Source of the DNA: Candidatus Iainarchaeum sp.
GTDB taxonomy: Archaea; Iainarchaeota; Iainarchaeia; Iainarchaeales; VGJJ01
DNA length: 64,000 nt
Assembly: GCA_043803765.1 (NCBI GenBank)
Contig: JAZDJQ010000018.1
Span: 64,001 to 128,000, forward strand
Direction: 5' to 3'
A program made the position numbers and the translations under genes. Below are positions 59,380 through 64,000 of the stretch, piece after piece (within the stretch, counting starts at the first letter, position 1; each line of letters starts with the position of its first letter). Below the pieces are notes generated by a model. It was not told where the DNA came from. It ran no database searches and worked only from the letters and a program-made list of their open reading frames with translations.

Positions 59380-60000
59380 TTATCGCTTGCGAAGAACATA
59401 GAAAAGAAACTTTTCGTGTCCGGGAAAAGAGGATTCCTTAAAATGAATCACATCAAAAAAAGGAGAAACCGCTCTTCTTACTTCCTCATCCGTAAAAAGA
59501 CTAAACCACCGTTTCACATCAGGAGAATCAACTTTCCACCCCTCTCCTTGACCCCCAAACAAGCCCAAACCCACCACACCATTGGGTTTAAGCATGCGAT
59601 GAATTTTTTCCAAAATAATGGGTATCCTAACTTTTCGCAGATGCAAAATAGACGCATACGCCCACACCCCATCCACGGTAGAATCGGGCATCGAAAATTT
59701 TTCCATATCGATTAAGTGAGTTTTGAACCCCTTCTCTTTACAATAGGTCAACATGCCCTCCGAATAATCAACGCACACCACGTCATAGCCCTTATCCCGA
59801 AAATAGCCCGCATGCACTCCAGGGCCGCTTCCCAAATCCACAATACATTTCCCATGCAATTCCCTCAAGAAAAATTGGATATTGAATCGGACGAACGTGT
59901 CCAAATCCTTTTCATATTGCTCCTTTTTCTTCAAAGCTAATTTATCATAGGCAGCACGCGTCTCCTCTTTATAGGATTCTAATTCACTGGAAAAAGGCAT
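59380..60000 (-). CDS. Class I SAM-dependent methyltransferase
   Basis: VDLGSGPG, DGVWAYASILH. Confidence 0.88.
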   Translation of the reverse strand: MPFSSELESYKEETRAAYDKLALKKKEQYEKDLDTFVRFNIQFFLRELHGKCIVDLGSGPGVHAGYFRDKGYDVVCVDYSEGMLTYCKEKGFKTHLIDMEKFSMPDSTVDGVWAYASILHLRKVRIPIILEKIHRMLKPNGVVGLGLFGGQGEGWKVDSPDVKRWFSLFTDEEVRRAVSPFFDVIHFKESSFPGHEKFLFYVLRKR

Positions 60001-60035
60001 AATGTATAATAAATCAGGGTGGTTTTTATTCCTAC

Positions 60036-60416
60036 ATGGAACCACCCAAGGAAATCAAGCATATTGTGCACCAGCTTTCCATCCTTCCTGGGATTACACG
60101 ATGGTATGTGTTAAACGATAATGAGAAAAAATACATTATGAATAACGAAGACGTGAACAATGAGGGAGTAAAGGAATCCGTGAAACGCCAATACTGCATA
60201 TGCCTTATTCACGATTCCGCGTGGAGAGAGCCCACGCAAACCATCGTAAAAAAAGAAAACGGGGAAATTATTTTTCCGCCGGTTGTCTTCCCCGAGGTTC
60301 CGGCAAAAAATGTCGTATCTTCCTCACCCGGAATTGCCATTCATACATGGTTAGCCCAAAAGGTACGCATCGAAAAAGAAGAAGCCACATTGCTCATCGG
60401 ATTCAATTTGGTTTGA
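60036..60416 (+). CDS. Hypothetical protein
   Basis: 126-aa globular-looking ORF. Confidence 0.65.
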   Translation: MEPPKEIKHIVHQLSILPGITRWYVLNDNEKKYIMNNEDVNNEGVKESVKRQYCICLIHDSAWREPTQTIVKKENGEIIFPPVVFPEVPAKNVVSSSPGIAIHTWLAQKVRIEKEEATLLIGFNLV

Positions 60417-60550
60417 AAAACAAACAATGTTCCACAATAGTGGAAGTCACATTCCACGATTGTCGCTCGTTCACGTAAAAAAATAGTCATGTTTATAACG
60501 ATTTTAGTTTTGGTTCAATCTATCTCTATTATTTTGGAGGAGAAAAAACC

Positions 60551-60769
60551 ATGACTGAAATGTACAAATGCAATGCCTGCGGATACACCCAAGAAATGCC
60601 GGGTGAACACTGCGGAGCACCCATGGTGAAAGTGGAGATGCCACAAGAAGAAGCACCCGCCCAACCTACACCTGTAGAAGAAACACCAACAATAGAAACC
60701 GACACAGCCTCTCCTGATACCGCCAACATGGAATCATCCGAGAACGAAACGAATAAACCCGCACAATAA
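60551..60769 (+). CDS. Small zinc-ribbon protein with acidic tail
   Basis: YKCNACG...HCGAPM; GGAGG SD. Confidence 0.75.
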   Translation: MTEMYKCNACGYTQEMPGEHCGAPMVKVEMPQEEAPAQPTPVEETPTIETDTASPDTANMESSENETNKPAQ

Positions 60770-60821
60770 ATAATGGAAAAACCCGGCCCGCATGAGCCGG
60801 GAAACCCTTTTTCTCTTTATT

Positions 60822-61457
60822 TCAGAAATTACGATACGCAGGAGAATGGAATGGCTTCACACGAAACAAGAAAGCGTGATAATTTTTTCCATCCGGAAGC
60901 GTTTTGGAAGAATAATGCAACTCATCAAAATGCTTCCCCATCATCAATCGAACATCCTCTAACGTGTAATAGGCAACCCACTGCTTGAACCCTTCACGAG
61001 GAGTATCCTCGTATCCTTCACCTTGTCCATCCGGAAGAGTGAGGAATAATATTCCATTCCCCATAAGAAGACGAGAAAAATGCTGAATAACCGCAAATGC
61101 TTTTTCTTTTGGCATATGATGAAGTGCCGTATTACCCCAAATACCATGAAATGAATGAGGATACAGAATAGGATGTTCAATATCCATACGCTTCGCATTC
61201 AATCCTTTCTCATGGCAACGTTGAATGAAAACATCCGACAAATCAATCCCCATTCCGTCTAACCCTTGATTGCGAAATGCTTCCAAAAAAACACCCGGAC
61301 CACACCCCACATCTAAAATGCGCGGTCCTTGAAGAGATGAAACAAATCGTTCCACATCGTCCTGTGCAAACTTTTCAAGGATTTCATGAAGATATGACTC
61401 ATACTCTTTAGCTTGCGACTCAAACGTGATAACCGTTTCTTTCTTGAAGGCTTCCAT
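60822..61457 (-). CDS. Class I SAM-dependent methyltransferase (paralog of 59380-60000)
   Basis: LDVGCGPG, GIWGNTALHH; shared GQGEG motif. Confidence 0.88.
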   Translation of the reverse strand: MEAFKKETVITFESQAKEYESYLHEILEKFAQDDVERFVSSLQGPRILDVGCGPGVFLEAFRNQGLDGMGIDLSDVFIQRCHEKGLNAKRMDIEHPILYPHSFHGIWGNTALHHMPKEKAFAVIQHFSRLLMGNGILFLTLPDGQGEGYEDTPREGFKQWVAYYTLEDVRLMMGKHFDELHYSSKTLPDGKNYHAFLFRVKPFHSPAYRNF

Positions 61458-61460
61458 CCA

Positions 61461-62411
61461 TTATTCCCCCTGCGGATTGCAAAGCGCCTCTAGTGTTACG
61501 TCTTTTATTCCATTTAAATCAAGGGCTTTCATTACCCGAACACGGGTGATTTTAGCACGTTTCATCCCCGAAAGCATCCCAACTACTTGAGTCCTGATAT
61601 CCGTTAAATCCGTCACAGGATAGTGTTCACATAATTCAAAATAGCGAGTAAGCAGCTCTAAACGAGGAAGGGATTTTTTCCCACCCACCTCCGAAAAAAT
61701 ATTTGGATCATGCCATGCTGCCCTGCCAATCATGACCAAATCACAATAGTTCTCCTCTATTTTTTCCAATACTTCTTCTGCAGAATGAATATCCCCATTT
61801 CCAATCAAGGGAATGGAAAGCATGGATTTAATTTTCTTAATATACTCCCAATCCGACTTTCCCGAATACCCTTGCTTTGCCGTACGCGCATGCAAGGCGA
61901 TTCCTTTCACTCCCGCATTCTCTATTTTTTTTACGAACGTATGCAATACGGGAACGTCCCATCCCATTCTCAATTTACACGTAACGGGTTTTGTTGAAAC
62001 TGAAACGGCAGCCTTCACCAATGAAACTATTTTTTCAGGACGCTTCAACAAATACGCACCGCATCCCCCTCCCGCCATTTTAGGAGAAGGACAGCCAAAA
62101 TTAATATCAATAATATCAAAATCACGCTCAACAAATTCAATAGCCGTAATCAAATCTTTTTCCTCAGGAGCAAACAATTGCACTCCAACAGGGTGTTCTT
62201 CCTTCACTGTTTCAATGCGATTGAACACCTTGTTGTTCGAAGCATTCCCACTCATGTTGCGCGCAATCGCAATCGCAGAAGCAAACTCCGTATACGTTAA
62301 ACTAGCACCTAACTCCTTGCACAACAAGCGAAAAGGAAGCGTTGAAATTCCCGACATGGGGGCTAATACCGCAGGAGAATGCAGTTGCAGACCCGCGTAG
62401 GAAAAAGACAT
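61461..62411 (-). CDS. dus: tRNA-dihydrouridine synthase
   Basis: LAPMSG, NFGCP, LHART, IGNGDI, MIGR. Confidence 0.92.
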   Translation of the reverse strand: MSFSYAGLQLHSPAVLAPMSGISTLPFRLLCKELGASLTYTEFASAIAIARNMSGNASNNKVFNRIETVKEEHPVGVQLFAPEEKDLITAIEFVERDFDIIDINFGCPSPKMAGGGCGAYLLKRPEKIVSLVKAAVSVSTKPVTCKLRMGWDVPVLHTFVKKIENAGVKGIALHARTAKQGYSGKSDWEYIKKIKSMLSIPLIGNGDIHSAEEVLEKIEENYCDLVMIGRAAWHDPNIFSEVGGKKSLPRLELLTRYFELCEHYPVTDLTDIRTQVVGMLSGMKRAKITRVRVMKALDLNGIKDVTLEALCNPQGE

Positions 62412-62562
62412 GATGAACTACTCGCGCATATGGGGTTATAGACCCGCCCGCGGGATGCCCTTTAAAAGCATTCGGAGGACGATTTCGTGAGCATGGGTTG
62501 ATGCTGGTCTCTTGGGATTTGAATAGTCCCATTGCCCATTCGCGTCAACGCATAATGTGATT

Positions 62563-62636
62563 GCACCGGTAGCTTAGTCTGGTGGAGCACCCGACTGATA
62601 ATCGGGAGGTCGGAGGTTCAAATCCTCCCCGGTGCA
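62563..62636 (+). tRNA. tRNA-Ile(GAU)
   Basis: GCACCGG/CCGGTGC-A; CCCGA-CTGATAA-TCGGG. Confidence 0.96.
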
Positions 62637-63320
62637 TTGGAGTTGGCGGTAAAGTGCCCCAATAAGAAAATTAGAATGGATTAAGGGGCATCCATGATTA
62701 GTGGTTTGAAATACTTCTGATAGTTTTCTTCCAATGTATTTCCGGTCGGATTAATCACCCATTCTTTTCGAATTATTTCAGCGTGCAGGCATTTGAGTTG
62801 GTGTTGAGCATGCTTGCGCTGTCTGACAATGTTTCCTTGCTCTCGTTTGCGTCCGCGTTTCTTTTGCCGATGGAGCAATTCTTCCACGGTAGGTCTTAGT
62901 ATTCGGGTGATGACGTTTATGCGTTTTTTCTTCAATGCGTTTTGATACCAAATAATGGGTTGGGGTGGATTGTCAAACACCACAAATTCGAATACGACAT
63001 TTTTTCCTTTCCTGATTTGTTGCATAATAGACTTGACGCTTAGGGGCTGGACAATGGCTTGTTCATAGGGGTGTCTATAAGTGTAGGGTTTGTGGTTGAT
63101 TTTCTTCCAAATGTCATCCTCAGAGATATGTGTCCAATTCTTGTATCGAGCAATGCGCTTGCCCATGCTGGATTTACCGCTTCCTGAAGGGCCAATGAGA
63201 AGGATGACGGAAGGCATACCGCTTGCAGGTGAATGGTACTTTTATTCACTTCTACCTACTTTTGCAAATTGTTCATTACAAAAGGCAGTTTCCCGCCATC
63301 TTCGCCCCATCCCCGGTGCA
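62637..63320. mobile_element. Single-gene mini-island at the tRNA-Ile(GAU) 3' end
   Basis: TCCCCGGTGCA at 62626 is repeated at 63310 (15/20 over TTC...GCA); the interval has inverted strand composition. Confidence 0.55.
62681..63217 (-). CDS. P-loop nucleotide/small-molecule kinase-like protein
   Basis: IGPSGSGKS, ISED, R...R lid. Confidence 0.8.
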   Translation of the reverse strand: MPSVILLIGPSGSGKSSMGKRIARYKNWTHISEDDIWKKINHKPYTYRHPYEQAIVQPLSVKSIMQQIRKGKNVVFEFVVFDNPPQPIIWYQNALKKKRINVITRILRPTVEELLHRQKKRGRKREQGNIVRQRKHAQHQLKCLHAEIIRKEWVINPTGNTLEENYQKYFKPLIMDAP

Positions 63321-63361
63321 CTTCATTTTTTTTGAATCTTCCATAAGCGGGAAAAAAACCA

Positions 63362-63997
63362 TTATTCCAAATCCATTAGAAAACGAAGAAAGGAGGAACC
63401 GTGTTTGAGTGTAATTCCCCTCCATCCCATGAGACTGGCGCCCCATGAGTTGAACCACCAATCATCCACGAATACGATATGGTCTTTTCGTGCACGCAAA
63501 CGATGTTCCATTGCTTCATACACTGAAGGAAAAGGCTTCATGAGTCCGGTTTCGCATGAAATGAACGCCTCATCAAATAATTTTACGTGTCCTACATCCC
63601 GATGATAGGCGGCTTGAGCCGTATTCATATCCGACAAAAGAGCAATCTTCCATCCCTTCTTTTTCAAACGCATTAATTGTTCCACAATGCGCGGATCTAT
63701 CACCGCACGACGAATATAACGATGCATAATCCATACAGCAAATTCTTTCTCCGTAAGCTTTCGTTCTAATATGCGCTCATAGAATGATTTTGCCCCTAAT
63801 TTTCCACGCTGTGCATCCGAAAGATTGAGAAACCAACGAAGAACGACAAAAGGAAAAGAAAGATGAAGCCCTTTCGCCACACTCTTCAATATCCACTTTT
63901 CCGAATTTGGAATAAGAACCCCGTGCATATCCAATACAAGCCAATAAGGAGAAGAGACCGGATGAAGGGTTTTTTTATTACTCGATTTCCGTACCAT
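63362..63997 (-). CDS. HAD-superfamily phosphatase (YihX-like)
   Basis: LDMHGVL, LLSD, GLMKP, FVDD. Confidence 0.85.
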   Translation of the reverse strand: MVRKSSNKKTLHPVSSPYWLVLDMHGVLIPNSEKWILKSVAKGLHLSFPFVVLRWFLNLSDAQRGKLGAKSFYERILERKLTEKEFAVWIMHRYIRRAVIDPRIVEQLMRLKKKGWKIALLSDMNTAQAAYHRDVGHVKLFDEAFISCETGLMKPFPSVYEAMEHRLRARKDHIVFVDDWWFNSWGASLMGWRGITLKHGSSFLRFLMDLE

Positions 63998-64000
63998 GGT

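Noticed and set aside
7651-62400. Numerous antisense or alternate-frame ORFs in the track (e.g. 20545..21246, 33805..34368, 48842..49540, 61813..62400)
   Set aside because: They are shadows of well-supported genes, favoured by the strong strand compositional bias, and carry no motifs.
1-64000. Integrase, transposase or provirus explaining the tRNA duplications
   Set aside because: No tyrosine/serine recombinase, HUH, DDE, RT or viral structural motifs were recognised in any ORF; any mobiliser must lie outside the window.

Overview
Chromosomal segment of a DPANN archaeon; the gene set and style suggest Diapherotrites/Iainarchaeota, which is an inference. It is mostly housekeeping: thermosome, IleRS, ProRS, GatE, ATP-dependent DNA ligase, a DRG GTPase, ZPR1, TatD, an RNase HIII-like enzyme, Dph6, carbamate kinase with OTCase, a DEAD-box helicase, a frameshifted PurA, PepF and Dus. 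There are 10 intron-less tRNA genes, including a rare tRNA-Ile(UAU), two box C/D guide sRNAs, two non-canonical histone-fold genes, three toxin-antitoxin-like pairs next to tRNAs, a GGDEF protein and a DAC protein. The most unusual signal is non-coding and centred on tRNAs. (1) Three ~92-bp units lie in tandem directly upstream of tRNA-Arg(CCG); each starts with a copy of a tRNA 5' end followed by a covarying hairpin/pseudoknot module. (2) Four different tRNAs (Arg-CCG, Leu-CAG, Pro-CGG, Gln-UUG) are each followed by a hairpin-rich mini-element and then a duplicate of their own 3' end, 80-108 bp after the original. (3) A fifth, gene-carrying ~0.7-kb version follows tRNA-Ile(GAU). No integrase, transposase, CRISPR array or rRNA gene was seen in the window.
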